From contig JBFWOZ010000017.1 in NCBI GenBank assembly GCA_050250255.1, positions 1-54,918 on the forward strand: a stretch of DNA of 54,918 bases, in the 5' to 3' direction. This DNA is from Bdellovibrionales bacterium (lineage in GTDB: Bacteria; Bdellovibrionota; Bdellovibrionia; Bdellovibrionales; DASUEL01). The notes beneath the pieces were generated by a model. That model was given only the letters and a program-made list of their open reading frames with translations, was not told where the DNA came from and ran no database searches. Shown in pieces: positions 28,106-37,858 of this stretch (position 1 is its first letter; each line of letters begins with the position of its first letter). Both the position numbers and the translations under genes were made by a program.

Positions 28106-29161
28106 ATGATCCCGGAGTTTCGTAACTTTAAACTTGTTCCTCATATGATGTATGCACCCGGTGCGATCACGCAAGTACGTAAAGCGGTCGAAGAAAAAGC
28201 TCCAGGACCTTGCGTTTTTCTCATCGACAGTTATTTCAAAAATTCTGATATCACCAATCGTATGGGCGTGAAGTCTGAGGACTTAGTGTTGTTTCTCGAC
28301 ACAATTGACGAGCCGAAGACTCAACTCATCGATCAACTTTGCGAAGATATTCGTGCGAAAGTAAAACCAAGCGCTATTATTGGTGTGGGTGGCGGAATCC
28401 TTATGGATCTCGCAAAGGCCGTTGCAGTTCTTTATACAAATCCTGGTAAAGCCGAAAATTATCAAGGTTGGAACCTGGTGAAAAATCCTGCGCTCTACAA
28501 AGTGGGAGTGCCTACAATTTCAGGAACGGGTTCGGAAGTTTCTCGAACAACTGTACTGACGGGCCCTACAAAAAAGCAGGGGATCAATAGCGATTTCTCT
28601 CTTTTTGATCAGATTGTTTTAGATCCAGAAATCATTAAATCCGTTCCAAATCCTCAAAGATTTTATACAGGTATGGATTGTTATATCCACTGTGTGGAAT
28701 CTCTCTGCGGTACATTCATTAATGATTTCGCCCGCGCTTTTGCGACGAAAGCTCTCGATCTTTGTGAAGATGTGTTTCTTGGAAAAGGCACTGACGGAGA
28801 TTTGATGATGGCCTCTCTCATGGGTGGTTTTTCTATCGTTTACTCTGAGGTGGGCGTTTGCCACTCGCTCTCTTATGGTCTGAGCTATGGTTTAGGTTTT
28901 CACCATGGTGAAGCGAACTGTATAGCTTTCCAATATTTAGATGAATATTATCCGAAGCATGTTCCTCAATTCCGCGCGATGCTGGATAAACATCGTATCG
29001 TTTTAAAGAAGAACGTCATGAAGGATGTCAGCCCTGAGTTACTAGAAAAAATGGTCGATGTAGCTTTAACGATGGAACGTGCGCTTCACAATGCGCTTGG
29101 GCCTGAGTGGAAGACGCTCTACAGCCGCGAGAAGATCAAATCGCTCTACCGAATGATGTAA
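28106..29161 (+). CDS. kdnB: KdnB-like iron-containing alcohol dehydrogenase (Kdo 8-oxidase-like)
   Basis: FRNFK N-terminus, GGGILMD, YQGWNL, PTISGTGSEVSRT, FYTGMDCYIHCVESL, VGVCHSLSYGLS and HHGEANCIAF all follow Shewanella KdnB as recalled. Start moved to 28106. Confidence 0.8.
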   Translation: MIPEFRNFKLVPHMMYAPGAITQVRKAVEEKAPGPCVFLIDSYFKNSDITNRMGVKSEDLVLFLDTIDEPKTQLIDQLCEDIRAKVKPSAIIGVGGGILMDLAKAVAVLYTNPGKAENYQGWNLVKNPALYKVGVPTISGTGSEVSRTTVLTGPTKKQGINSDFSLFDQIVLDPEIIKSVPNPQRFYTGMDCYIHCVESLCGTFINDFARAFATKALDLCEDVFLGKGTDGDLMMASLMGGFSIVYSEVGVCHSLSYGLSYGLGFHHGEANCIAFQYLDEYYPKHVPQFRAMLDKHRIVLKKNVMKDVSPELLEKMVDVALTMERALHNALGPEWKTLYSREKIKSLYRMM

Positions 29162-29189
29162 GAGAAGGCTGTGATGGGTAAGGTCGTAC

Positions 29190-30326
29190 ATGAATAAAAC
29201 AGTAGCGATCATTCCGGCCCGTGGCGGAAGCAAAGGGATTCCTCGAAAAAATCTCAAAAACATCTGCGGGTTTCCGCTGATCTACTGGTCGATTGAAGCT
29301 GCAAAAGCTGTTAAAGACATTCATGAAGTTTACGTTTCAACCGAAGATGCAGAAATTGCCGAAGTGGCCCAAAAGTACGGAGCCAAAGTTCTTCATCGTC
29401 CGGCGGAATTAGCTCGTGATGATTCCACGACTCTTCAAGTGCTTGCTCATTGCTTAAAAGAGGTGAACGCGCAAACACTCGTGATTTTGCAGCCGACTTC
29501 CCCTGTACGAAAGAAGGCGACTCTTGCACATGCCCTCGAAAATTTCTTCTCTGGCGATTATGATTCTTTAGCCACGGGTTATGTGACGAAACAGATCGAA
29601 TACGGATCTCACCAGAACCTTCGTCGTCAGGACATCAAAGGTTTCTTCTACGACGACGGAAATATCTATATTCATGATCGAAAAGTCATCGAAGCCGGCA
29701 GGTGGTCGGGCGAGAAGATTTTCAAAATGGAACTCTCACGTGAAGAGCAGTATGAGATCGACGATGAAGTGGATTTTTATGTGGTGGAACAACTCTTAAG
29801 GCAGCAGCTGCATGCAGGCCAAATCTCTACTGATTTCTTAAAACGTCTTCGTCAAATTCGTCTCTTCGTTTCGGACGTCGATGGTGTGATGACCGATGGT
29901 GGAATGTTTTATGACAATGCAGGTGGAGAGTTGAAAAAATTCAACACGTTGGATGGTAAAGCGATTGAGCTCTTACGCGAATGTGGTCTCAAGGTCGCTA
30001 TCATGACAGGCGAATCCACCGATGCCGTTGAGCGAAGAGCAAAAAAATTAAAATTTGATTTTCTCTATCAAGGCTGTACGAGCAAAGAATCCAATCTCGA
30101 ACAACTCTTGAAGCGATTGGAATTAAAACCTCACGAGGTTCTTTTTGTGGGTGATGATCTTGGAGATCTCAACGTTATGAAACAAGTGGGAGTGGCGGTA
30201 ACCGTGCCGAATGCGGTTCAACAGATCAAAGAGATTTCCCATTTTATGTGTAGCAAAAAAGGTGGCGACGGAGCTCTCCGCGATATCGCCGAGTGGATTC
30301 TTCTCGCCCATGAAAGTGGTTTCTAA
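29190..30326 (+). CDS. Bifunctional acylneuraminate cytidylyltransferase / KdsC-like HAD phosphatase
   Basis: N-domain IPARGGSKGIPRKN, LQPTSP, EIDD; C-domain DVDGVMTDG, VGDDLGD and KGGDGALRD. Confidence 0.9.
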   Translation: MNKTVAIIPARGGSKGIPRKNLKNICGFPLIYWSIEAAKAVKDIHEVYVSTEDAEIAEVAQKYGAKVLHRPAELARDDSTTLQVLAHCLKEVNAQTLVILQPTSPVRKKATLAHALENFFSGDYDSLATGYVTKQIEYGSHQNLRRQDIKGFFYDDGNIYIHDRKVIEAGRWSGEKIFKMELSREEQYEIDDEVDFYVVEQLLRQQLHAGQISTDFLKRLRQIRLFVSDVDGVMTDGGMFYDNAGGELKKFNTLDGKAIELLRECGLKVAIMTGESTDAVERRAKKLKFDFLYQGCTSKESNLEQLLKRLELKPHEVLFVGDDLGDLNVMKQVGVAVTVPNAVQQIKEISHFMCSKKGGDGALRDIAEWILLAHESGF

Positions 30327-30640
30327 TCTCCAGAAGCCTTTTTTACTTCTACAGTTAAATCCAGATCTGCTTCTCGAACCATATCTGAAATGACTAGACC
30401 AATCCATGATTCAGCAGATTCATTGAGTTTTTTTGCAATTTTAGCGGCACGCTCTAAACTTGGTATACGACGTCCCTTTTCCAAATCACACAGGCTTTGA
30501 GGAGAAATGCCCAGCTTTTTTGCAAATTGTTTTTGGGTTAATTCCTCACCTAGTCGATAAGCCTCAAGAGAGTTACCAAAAGTGAGAGGGCCATATTCCT
30601 TTTCCAAATCAGAAACTGTGTAGTGTTTTTTAGTACTCAT
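30323..30640 (-). CDS. higA: HigA-like XRE helix-turn-helix antitoxin
   Basis: LTQKQFAKKLGISPQSLCDLEKGRR Cro/C1 HTH; downstream of and overlapping a RelE-fold toxin; GAGG SD before ATG 30640. Confidence 0.85.
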   Translation of the reverse strand: MSTKKHYTVSDLEKEYGPLTFGNSLEAYRLGEELTQKQFAKKLGISPQSLCDLEKGRRIPSLERAAKIAKKLNESAESWIGLVISDMVREADLDLTVEVKKASGD

Positions 30641-30908
30641 GTTTTGAAACCTCCTCAATAGAAACGATTTTTATATTTCCTTCTTCATACTCTACATAAA
30701 TGGCTCTATAGCCCTTCGAAAGTCTAATAGACCGCTGTCCCTGCCTTTGGCCGCGAAGAGGTTCATCATGATAGCCTGGAATTTTTCGGATCTCTTCAAT
30801 GCCGAACTTTTCAACGTCGCGAGCCCATTTGTTAAGCTTACGAACAATAAAATGAGGCAATTTCCTCAGCTCTTTAATGACATTTTCAAAGACAACGCTA
30901 GTCTTCAT
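30630..30908 (-). CDS. higB: HigB/RelE-superfamily mRNA interferase toxin
   Basis: YHDEPLRGQRQGQRSIRLSKGYRAIY; 92 aa, basic; toxin-first gene order. Confidence 0.85.
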   Translation of the reverse strand: MKTSVVFENVIKELRKLPHFIVRKLNKWARDVEKFGIEEIRKIPGYHDEPLRGQRQGQRSIRLSKGYRAIYVEYEEGNIKIVSIEEVSKHEY

Positions 30909-30913
30909 GATTC

Positions 30914-30942
30914 TTTATACGTCAAATTGACGTATATGTCAA
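30914..30942 (-). promoter_or_regulatory. TA promoter with overlapping operator palindrome
   Basis: Minus strand TTGACA(30942-37)-17 bp-TATAAA(30919-14), 5 nt before ATG. Perfect inverted repeat TATACGTCAA-A-TTGACGTATA at 30916-30936. Confidence 0.85.
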
Positions 30943-31081
30943 ATGAAGAAACTGTATCGAAAGGAATAAAATCTAATCGCCTGACGACAAGAAAAATGCC
31001 ACGCTAATTTGGCAGTCGAACAACCAGTGCCGAGGGTTTCGCAACGTAGGTAATGTGGCAAGGCGTTGGCGTTTTAAGGTA

Positions 31082-32188
31082 TTAAACATCCATGAGAGCT
31101 ACAGGCTCTGTACGAAGTGGGTTTTCAGGAAATAGATCAGCAGGCAATTCTGCCGAAAGATCAAACTTCTCTCTCCACTTAGAGTCCGCGCAATAAATGC
31201 GATACACGGTCAGCATTGTAAGAAGGGCATCAAGCGAACTGGATTTCGGCGTTCGACCTTTGAGAATACTTTGGTAAAACTCATCGATCTCACGCTCCCA
31301 AGAAGGATCATGTACAAAACGAATCGTTTTTTCCATCGGGTCACCGCTACCGGCTTCGTTTTTGTAAGCGATAGAAATCGTTTCCGCACCGTAACTTTTT
31401 GTACCTGATAAAATTCCTGAGAGAGTGATGGAACCTTTTTCGAGCGCCATTTCTAAATGAAAGCGATGGCGCCATTGAGTGGCAGAGGAGTGAAGCATGC
31501 CCACGACACCTTTATCTGTTTTCATGAGTGCATAGGCATTGTCTTCCACATCGTGGTTCCAATAGGTGTTCGAAACAAAAGAATGAATTTCTGAGAACTC
31601 TCCTGCGAAGAGTCTCATCATGTCGACCATGTGAATACCTTGATCGAGAAGGATCCCGCCACCCGCGATCGAACGTTTAGTTCTCCAGTCGGACTTGAAA
31701 GACAACATCTGAGATTTTCCGTAAACCCCACGGATGTTGATGAGCTTTCCTAGTTCCTGCGAGTGAATGAGGCGGAGCGCTTCTTGAACCGAATCATGAT
31801 AGCGGTGGTTGAAACCGTACATGAGGCGAAGCTCCGGGTTCGCACGTTCTACGCGAATCACGCTCGCGATGTCTTCGATATCTCGTCCTGGAGGTTTTTC
31901 ACAAAAAGTGTGAAGCCCTGCTTTAAGGCCTGCCATCGTAACTTCTGCTGCGATGTCATTCGTTACACAGACAAAAAGGACATCGAGGTCTGCATGTTTT
32001 AAAAGGTCCGCGTAATGAGAGTAATAGTGGAGGCCATCATCAAAAGTGCCAGAAGTTTGAAATTTTTGATCGCAAACCGCGACCGTTGTGAAGCTAGGAT
32101 GTTGATCTAAAAAATCACGGCGTCGTTTTCCTACAACTCCGTAACCTGCAATGCCCACTCTTAATTTCTTCATGCTGTTCAAACTCAC
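31082..32188 (-). CDS. Gfo/Idh/MocA NAD(P)-dependent oxidoreductase
   Basis: GIAGYGVVG, FCEKP, GFNHRYH and GGGILLDQGIH motifs. Confidence 0.9.
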   Translation of the reverse strand: MSLNSMKKLRVGIAGYGVVGKRRRDFLDQHPSFTTVAVCDQKFQTSGTFDDGLHYYSHYADLLKHADLDVLFVCVTNDIAAEVTMAGLKAGLHTFCEKPPGRDIEDIASVIRVERANPELRLMYGFNHRYHDSVQEALRLIHSQELGKLINIRGVYGKSQMLSFKSDWRTKRSIAGGGILLDQGIHMVDMMRLFAGEFSEIHSFVSNTYWNHDVEDNAYALMKTDKGVVGMLHSSATQWRHRFHLEMALEKGSITLSGILSGTKSYGAETISIAYKNEAGSGDPMEKTIRFVHDPSWEREIDEFYQSILKGRTPKSSSLDALLTMLTVYRIYCADSKWREKFDLSAELPADLFPENPLRTEPVALMDV

Positions 32189-32919
32189 TTGCTGTTTTGA
32201 GCCGACACTTCCCAGGAATCGTCGGTTTCATTTAAGCATTTCATATCCACCTGACCACCGGCAGCTCGCACAATCGCGACTCCTGCGGCCACATCCCACA
32301 TGCGAATACCATACTCGTAATAAGCCTCTGCCTGTCCTCTTGCAACCTGACAAAGGCTTAACGATGCGCAGCCCCACATTCGTATTTTTTTGAATTGTGA
32401 AACCTGCCTCGCAAAAGAGGAAACCACTTCTGGAAGGGAGGAATGCGAGGGGATTCCGGTCATGAGGGTGCCTTGATTTTGTGAGCGATTGCTCACTTGA
32501 AGACGCTGATCGTTGCACCATGCGTTATCATTGATGATACCTCGGAATTCTTCCTGAGTTTCAATGTTTCTGACCACTCCTAAAAGAGGGTCTGATCCCT
32601 TACAAAATGCGATGGAGATTGCCGCATTTTTTTGTTCCCGGTGCCAGTTGTAGGAACCATCAAGAGGATCCACGATCCAGTGATAAGAATCGGGTCGTTT
32701 GAGGCCCTTATGTCTTTCCTCGGAAAAAACGGGGAATTCACTTCGTTCTTTGAGCCAGGTATGTGCGTATTGATCGAGGGCTTGATCTAGCTCCAGCTTG
32801 ATGTCGCGGCCCTCTTGAAAAAGAACGGTTTTCTGAGAGGAAGAGCGTGCCATCGCGGCCATTTCCCTCGCTAAAACGCGCGCCATTTCTAATTGGGATT
32901 TCAATTCCTCAAGGGTCAT
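32185..32919 (-). CDS. Inositol monophosphatase family protein
   Basis: SEE, WIVDPLDGS and WDVAAG motifs. Start likely ATG 32919 (ORF track gives 32970). Confidence 0.85.
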   Translation of the reverse strand: MTLEELKSQLEMARVLAREMAAMARSSSQKTVLFQEGRDIKLELDQALDQYAHTWLKERSEFPVFSEERHKGLKRPDSYHWIVDPLDGSYNWHREQKNAAISIAFCKGSDPLLGVVRNIETQEEFRGIINDNAWCNDQRLQVSNRSQNQGTLMTGIPSHSSLPEVVSSFARQVSQFKKIRMWGCASLSLCQVARGQAEAYYEYGIRMWDVAAGVAIVRAAGGQVDMKCLNETDDSWEVSAQNSK

Positions 32920-32999
32920 ATTCAAAGGTTTACTGTTCCGTTTTAGAAGGGGCAACAAGTGATTTGACATATCTGTAGGGACTGTTTGATATAACTTTT

Positions 33000-33998
33000 A
33001 TGAAAGAACAGGATATCAGGCCTACAAGCATTATGGACGAATACATTCGTCTGAGTCTTCTCGATACAGAGAAGTATTTTGCGGGTACGGTATTAGAACC
33101 TCTTGCCTGTGTGGCTTGTCATTCGAAGAACACAAAAAGTGCGTTTCAAAAGGGCGGGTTTAATTACGAAAATTGCCAAGACTGCGGAAGCCTTTATCTT
33201 TCTCCAAGACCCTCTTTAGAAAGTTTCGTACGCTTTTATTCCGAGTCGGAATCGAGTCATTACTGGGCTCACGAATTTTTTCCTGCGGTTGCCGAGAAAC
33301 GTCGCGAACTCATTTTTAAACCTAGAGCCACTCGCGTGGCCCAAATGATGAAAAGCCGGGGGATTACTCCTAAGCGCGTCACCGAAGTCGGTGCGGGTTT
33401 TGCCATTTTTCTTGAAGAGTTAAAGCCTCATGTGAGTTCGGATTGTGAATTAATTGCGATTGAACCCGGTCAAGAGCTTGCAGAAGTGTGCCGTGAAAAA
33501 GGTTTTGAAACGATCGCTCTTCCTGTGGAAGAAGTGAAGAATGCGCCTCTCAGCGATCTCGTGTGTTGTTTTGAAGTGATCGAACATGTGCATGATCCGA
33601 TTCAGTTTTTAAAAAGTTTGTTTGAACTCGTACGTCCTGGTGGACTTCTCATTACAACGGGTCTCGGGGTTGACGGTTTTGATATCCAAACTCTCTGGCA
33701 AAATTCAAAAAGCATTTCGCCTCCCCATCACATCAACTTCGCGAGCGTAAAAGGTTTTGAAAAACTCTATGCACGTGCAGGTTTTTCTGAAATCAGTGTT
33801 GAGACTCCCGGTAAGCTCGATGTCGATATCGTTTTGAATTACTATAAAGATAAAAAAGAAGCGCCACCGGCGTTTTTGTCGCTTTTAAAAGAACGCGGAC
33901 CAGAGGCCCTTCAGGCTTTTCAAGATTTCCTCGTGAGTCAGCGAATGAGTTCGCACACTTGGATCAGCGCACTTCGCCCAGAAACTGAGCCCATTTAA
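33000..33998 (+). CDS. Class I SAM-dependent methyltransferase with Cys-rich N-terminus
   Basis: CVAC...CQDC, EVGAGFA, FEVIEHV and PPHHIN motifs. Confidence 0.9.
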   Translation: MKEQDIRPTSIMDEYIRLSLLDTEKYFAGTVLEPLACVACHSKNTKSAFQKGGFNYENCQDCGSLYLSPRPSLESFVRFYSESESSHYWAHEFFPAVAEKRRELIFKPRATRVAQMMKSRGITPKRVTEVGAGFAIFLEELKPHVSSDCELIAIEPGQELAEVCREKGFETIALPVEEVKNAPLSDLVCCFEVIEHVHDPIQFLKSLFELVRPGGLLITTGLGVDGFDIQTLWQNSKSISPPHHINFASVKGFEKLYARAGFSEISVETPGKLDVDIVLNYYKDKKEAPPAFLSLLKERGPEALQAFQDFLVSQRMSSHTWISALRPETEPI

Positions 33999-35736
33999 CT
34001 AAATTCGGATCGAGATGGAGCCATTCATGAACTTTCAATTCTGAAGGAGAATGAAGAGCGGTCTCCAATTCTTTTAACGTTCTCACCATCAAATGATACT
34101 TATCTCTCGGTAGTGGACTGTAATCGAGTTCGGTGTAGGAACCCATTATAATCGCTCTACCACCCGCCAAAGTTGCTTCGACAACCGCCGTGGAAGAGTT
34201 CGTGCTAAGTACCGTTGTTTGCTCATGAACCCAATCACTCACACCACCAGTGGTCGCGAGTTGATAAGAAAAGGGAAGCTGAATTTTTTCGATGAGATGT
34301 TGGATGCCAAGATGGACATGAGGTCTCAAGATAATTTCTTGAAACTGTGAAAGTTTTTGTTCCTGCCAGAGCTGTTTGAGCCAACGCAGAGCTTGTTCGT
34401 TTTCACTCTCGCGAAGAGTGGTGAAGAGGACGAGACGTTTTTTCTGATTTTGGATTGGTGAGGAGTTTCGTTTCATCAAATGACGAACGGCTTCGACTTC
34501 GACAATGTCAGCATCTTGGAGATCACAGTTTTGAAGCATATGGGTTTTTGCTTTAAAGCCCGGGACTAAAAAGCGATTCACCATAGGACGTGCAAAACGG
34601 GGTGCCGCCCATTCCGATTTAGGTGTCAGCATGCGCATGTCCATCTCACGCAAAATTACGTGGACATTTCCGATGATTGCGCCGCCGTTAAAACGTTTCC
34701 AAGCGGCAACAAGTGCGGCTTGCCACGGTTGATTCTCGAGAGGGAGAAAGAGTGTACGAGGTTTTTTCATAAAAGCGGCGGCTTTTTGAGAAGCCTGCCA
34801 AGTGAGTAAGCTTGTGGCTCCCCACGGTCCGCAGAGTGAGGCCCAAGTCGCATCTTCTAAAAAAGGTGCAAAGGAAAGCTGAGCGTACGGAGTTTTAGCG
34901 TGAGGACGGATTTGTTGGAGAGCTTGATTCACTTTTCCAGATCGTGTGAGAAGTTGCCAAGAGGTTTTCAAACAATCAGAGAATTTTAAGAATTCTTCCA
35001 AAGCAAAAAAGAGATTCCCACTTTTCCGTAAATCTCGAGTGGCTTGAAGAAATTTAGTCATGGTTTGAGGTTCACGATCAGCCGCCATCACGAGATGGGT
35101 TAACTTCCCAAACTTCGTTTCCATGAGGTTTTGCGCGTCTTTCCAGTAGTTGGAGTGATAACGACCTAAAGCAAATTCTTGGAGATCAAAGTTGGGAAAG
35201 AAAGAAAACACCACTGGCGTTTGAGCGGGAAGGGTTGGCTGGTTTGTTGCCGTCTTAAGAATTTGTCGACCAGACTTCGCCCAAAAAAGAAGCGGCCATA
35301 AAATGCCTTTGAGCAGAGTTACAAATCTTTTTATCGTCTGTGTGATCGAGGATGATTTTTTTTTCTGAAAGATCTGCTGGAGTAGGGGATCATTTCCCAC
35401 ATATTCGACCTGCGTCCAACTATTTTCCTTCATCAATTGATCTAAAGCGAGGAGTTTAAAAACCCGAAAGAAGTGGGGCTTGGTGAGATCTCGTTCAGCA
35501 ATGAAGCCGAGCCACCACTGAGAAAAATCTTCTTCTAGCTTTAAGCTTTCAGCGAGATTGGCTTTTTGAAAAGCGAGTTGGCCTGCCCACTGAATAAAAA
35601 AATCGCGACACTCGTATTGGGTTGCGACCACTTTCTCTTCGAGAGAAATCAAAGAACCTTGAGACGGTCCTGACCAAACGAGACCAGTTTCTGATGAATC
35701 AGATGCCAAGTCGGAATGATCAAAGAGACGAATCAT
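33964..35736 (-). CDS. Surface carbohydrate biosynthesis protein (TIGR04326/LIC13510-like putative transferase)
   Basis: FSQWWLGFIAE, SNYW, ENQPWQ, VEAVR, LRPH and STAVVEA pattern as recalled for this family; GT-B-like C-terminus. Confidence 0.65.
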   Translation of the reverse strand: MIRLFDHSDLASDSSETGLVWSGPSQGSLISLEEKVVATQYECRDFFIQWAGQLAFQKANLAESLKLEEDFSQWWLGFIAERDLTKPHFFRVFKLLALDQLMKENSWTQVEYVGNDPLLQQIFQKKKSSSITQTIKRFVTLLKGILWPLLFWAKSGRQILKTATNQPTLPAQTPVVFSFFPNFDLQEFALGRYHSNYWKDAQNLMETKFGKLTHLVMAADREPQTMTKFLQATRDLRKSGNLFFALEEFLKFSDCLKTSWQLLTRSGKVNQALQQIRPHAKTPYAQLSFAPFLEDATWASLCGPWGATSLLTWQASQKAAAFMKKPRTLFLPLENQPWQAALVAAWKRFNGGAIIGNVHVILREMDMRMLTPKSEWAAPRFARPMVNRFLVPGFKAKTHMLQNCDLQDADIVEVEAVRHLMKRNSSPIQNQKKRLVLFTTLRESENEQALRWLKQLWQEQKLSQFQEIILRPHVHLGIQHLIEKIQLPFSYQLATTGGVSDWVHEQTTVLSTNSSTAVVEATLAGGRAIIMGSYTELDYSPLPRDKYHLMVRTLKELETALHSPSELKVHEWLHLDPNLVKWAQFLGEVR

Positions 35737-35744
35737 AAGCCCCT

Positions 35745-36851
35745 TTATTTATAAAGAAGGTATCGTAGATGTCCTGTGCCAAAACGTGCTTCGAAGTAAG
35801 GATCGTTGGAGTAGATTTCTGGTGTGATATCTAATCCTTCAATTCCAGCCACCGGCTCGATTTTTTTGAAAAGTGGCTTTGCCCAGCTTTCAAAAGTATC
35901 GCGATCTAGTTCTTGGTACTCTCCGTACATATGATCCACAATGCCTTGAAGGCGGAGATCCGAAACCACGTCCTTCCAAAGAGAAAGCATCGTTTCAAGA
36001 GGAACATCGTTCAGTAAGTTACGAGCAAATTCCCAAACTTTAAGTTCTAGGCCGCCCTTACCCACAAGCATGATGAACATCACGCCTCCTGGTTTGAGGA
36101 CGCGAGCATGATCTTCAAACATGGTTTTCAAATCGCTCTTTGTATGGTGAATAACGCCGTTAGAAAATACGATATCAAATGTGTTATCTGCAAATTGGCT
36201 TAAGTCTTCACAAGTTCCTTTAACAATTTCGATGCGCTCGTCGCCGGCGAAACGTTCTCTCAGAACATTCACTAATTTTGCACCTTGATCGAGACCCACG
36301 ATTTTTTTAGGACCGTATTGTCGCATTTCATCGATGTAGCGACCAGGACCACAACCGGAATCAAGAATTGTCGCGCCCTTGATTTTCTCAGGACCACCCC
36401 ACATTGCATAAATTTGAGCTAAGCGATCTCGTGCAATTCTTTTGGAGATTTCAAAACGTTCGTTTTCTGTTGTTGTAGTCCAACCTAAATCAAATCCTTG
36501 AGCTGTACGTGTCCATGGGTCGATTTCCTTAGACTGGCCATCTAAAGGGAACCAACCTTCCTGGCCAAGATGTTTCATGGCTTCAAGAGTGGAAATCCAG
36601 TAGTCGACATCTTTTTCTAATTCAAAAGGAGATTCCAAAGTTTTGATGAGATAATCAAAGCGCCACTTGAGAGAGACCACAATTGTTGGTTTTAAACGGC
36701 GTAAAAGTGGGCTCTCAAGTTGTCGGGCAAGGTCGAGCAAAAGATCCAATTTGCTGTGAAGAACTTCGGCGCGGTTTTTATGTGCACTAGGAATTCGTTT
36801 GTAGGCCTTATAAAGGTCGAAATGTTTGGCCTGAGATTCAATAGTCTCCAT
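35745..36851 (-). CDS. Class I SAM-dependent methyltransferase
   Basis: ILDSGCGPGR, FDIVFSNGVIHH and RVLKPGG motifs. Confidence 0.9.
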   Translation of the reverse strand: METIESQAKHFDLYKAYKRIPSAHKNRAEVLHSKLDLLLDLARQLESPLLRRLKPTIVVSLKWRFDYLIKTLESPFELEKDVDYWISTLEAMKHLGQEGWFPLDGQSKEIDPWTRTAQGFDLGWTTTTENERFEISKRIARDRLAQIYAMWGGPEKIKGATILDSGCGPGRYIDEMRQYGPKKIVGLDQGAKLVNVLRERFAGDERIEIVKGTCEDLSQFADNTFDIVFSNGVIHHTKSDLKTMFEDHARVLKPGGVMFIMLVGKGGLELKVWEFARNLLNDVPLETMLSLWKDVVSDLRLQGIVDHMYGEYQELDRDTFESWAKPLFKKIEPVAGIEGLDITPEIYSNDPYFEARFGTGHLRYLLYK

Positions 36852-36960
36852 GAAAATTCCCCCAAAAGTTGATCAATTTTGAATTCATTAATTTGATATG
36901 GCGAGAGCGCGGATTCAAGCGAAAATACGTTATTTGCGGGTTTTGGCCCGTAGCATTAAG

Positions 36961-37857
36961 TCAGCTTTTTTCTTCGGTCGCGATAGGAGAATTAAACAAT
37001 AATTCTTGAGACTTCAACTGCTCTTCGTACTTCTGTTTAAAGTAATGATAACGCTCGAGAGCTGTGTCCATCTCGCTTTTCGCGCGTGAGAGGAGAAAAC
37101 GTTTCGCATTCTCCTGAACCTCTTGAGCGCGGTTACTCATGGTATTGATTTGGCTGAGCATGATCATGCGAGGATCGCCGGAAATATTATGGGAAGACCC
37201 GTGAATCAAGTTTGCATGAAAAAAGAGAGCATCGCCTGGTTTTGCGTCGATCACGTGAAGGCCGTGGCGTCCCGAAAGCTCATTCATCGTCTTTTCTGGA
37301 ATCGTGAACTTTTGAAGACCGTTTGTATTAATAAAAGGGACGTGTTCGAGAAAACCTTCTTTATGACTGTGAGGAATCACGTGTAGAGCCGCGTTTTTGA
37401 TGGAGTGGTTATCCATGAACACCATACAAGACATCATGGTGTCTTTGGCATAGCCACGCTCTTTCCAGTAGGCATAGTCCTGATGGTAATACTCGGCGGT
37501 CCCATACCAAGCGGCTTTCAAATTCACTTTGCTCGACCAGATGTAGATTGGTTCACCTAAAAGTTGTTCGGCAATTTTGAGTGTTGCGGGGTCACGAACC
37601 AAATCGCCCACAGGATTTTCAGAATTTTGTAAGTATTGATAAACCGCAAGAGGCACCAAGGGTTCTTGATCGGTAAATGTTTTCGCAAGAGATTTTAAAT
37701 CGTGACTCAAAAGCCAGTTTTTGGCGGCTCGCACTTTCTCCACGTCGATCAAATTTTTGATGAGGACAAAGCCCTTATCCCAAAACTCTTGATAAAGTTC
37801 GGAGTTTGGATTGATGAAAGGCGCTTGAGAATGGTTTTTTTGAGTTTCGATTTGCAC
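36961..37857 (-). CDS. Fe(II)/2-oxoglutarate dioxygenase, PhyH/EctD family
   Basis: KVNLK, HQD facial-triad motif, IPHSH, GDALFFH and HGSSHN...R. GTG start 1 nt after the radical SAM stop. Confidence 0.9.
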   Translation of the reverse strand: MQIETQKNHSQAPFINPNSELYQEFWDKGFVLIKNLIDVEKVRAAKNWLLSHDLKSLAKTFTDQEPLVPLAVYQYLQNSENPVGDLVRDPATLKIAEQLLGEPIYIWSSKVNLKAAWYGTAEYYHQDYAYWKERGYAKDTMMSCMVFMDNHSIKNAALHVIPHSHKEGFLEHVPFINTNGLQKFTIPEKTMNELSGRHGLHVIDAKPGDALFFHANLIHGSSHNISGDPRMIMLSQINTMSNRAQEVQENAKRFLLSRAKSEMDTALERYHYFKQKYEEQLKSQELLFNSPIATEEKS

Positions 37858-37858
37858 T

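Noticed and set aside
2892..35364. Phase-variable homopolymers (C7 at 2892-98, T8 at 11199 and 24711, T9 at 35356-64)
   Set aside because: Tracts are short, mostly A/T encoding Phe/Lys runs, and all genes are in frame; not distinguishable from background.
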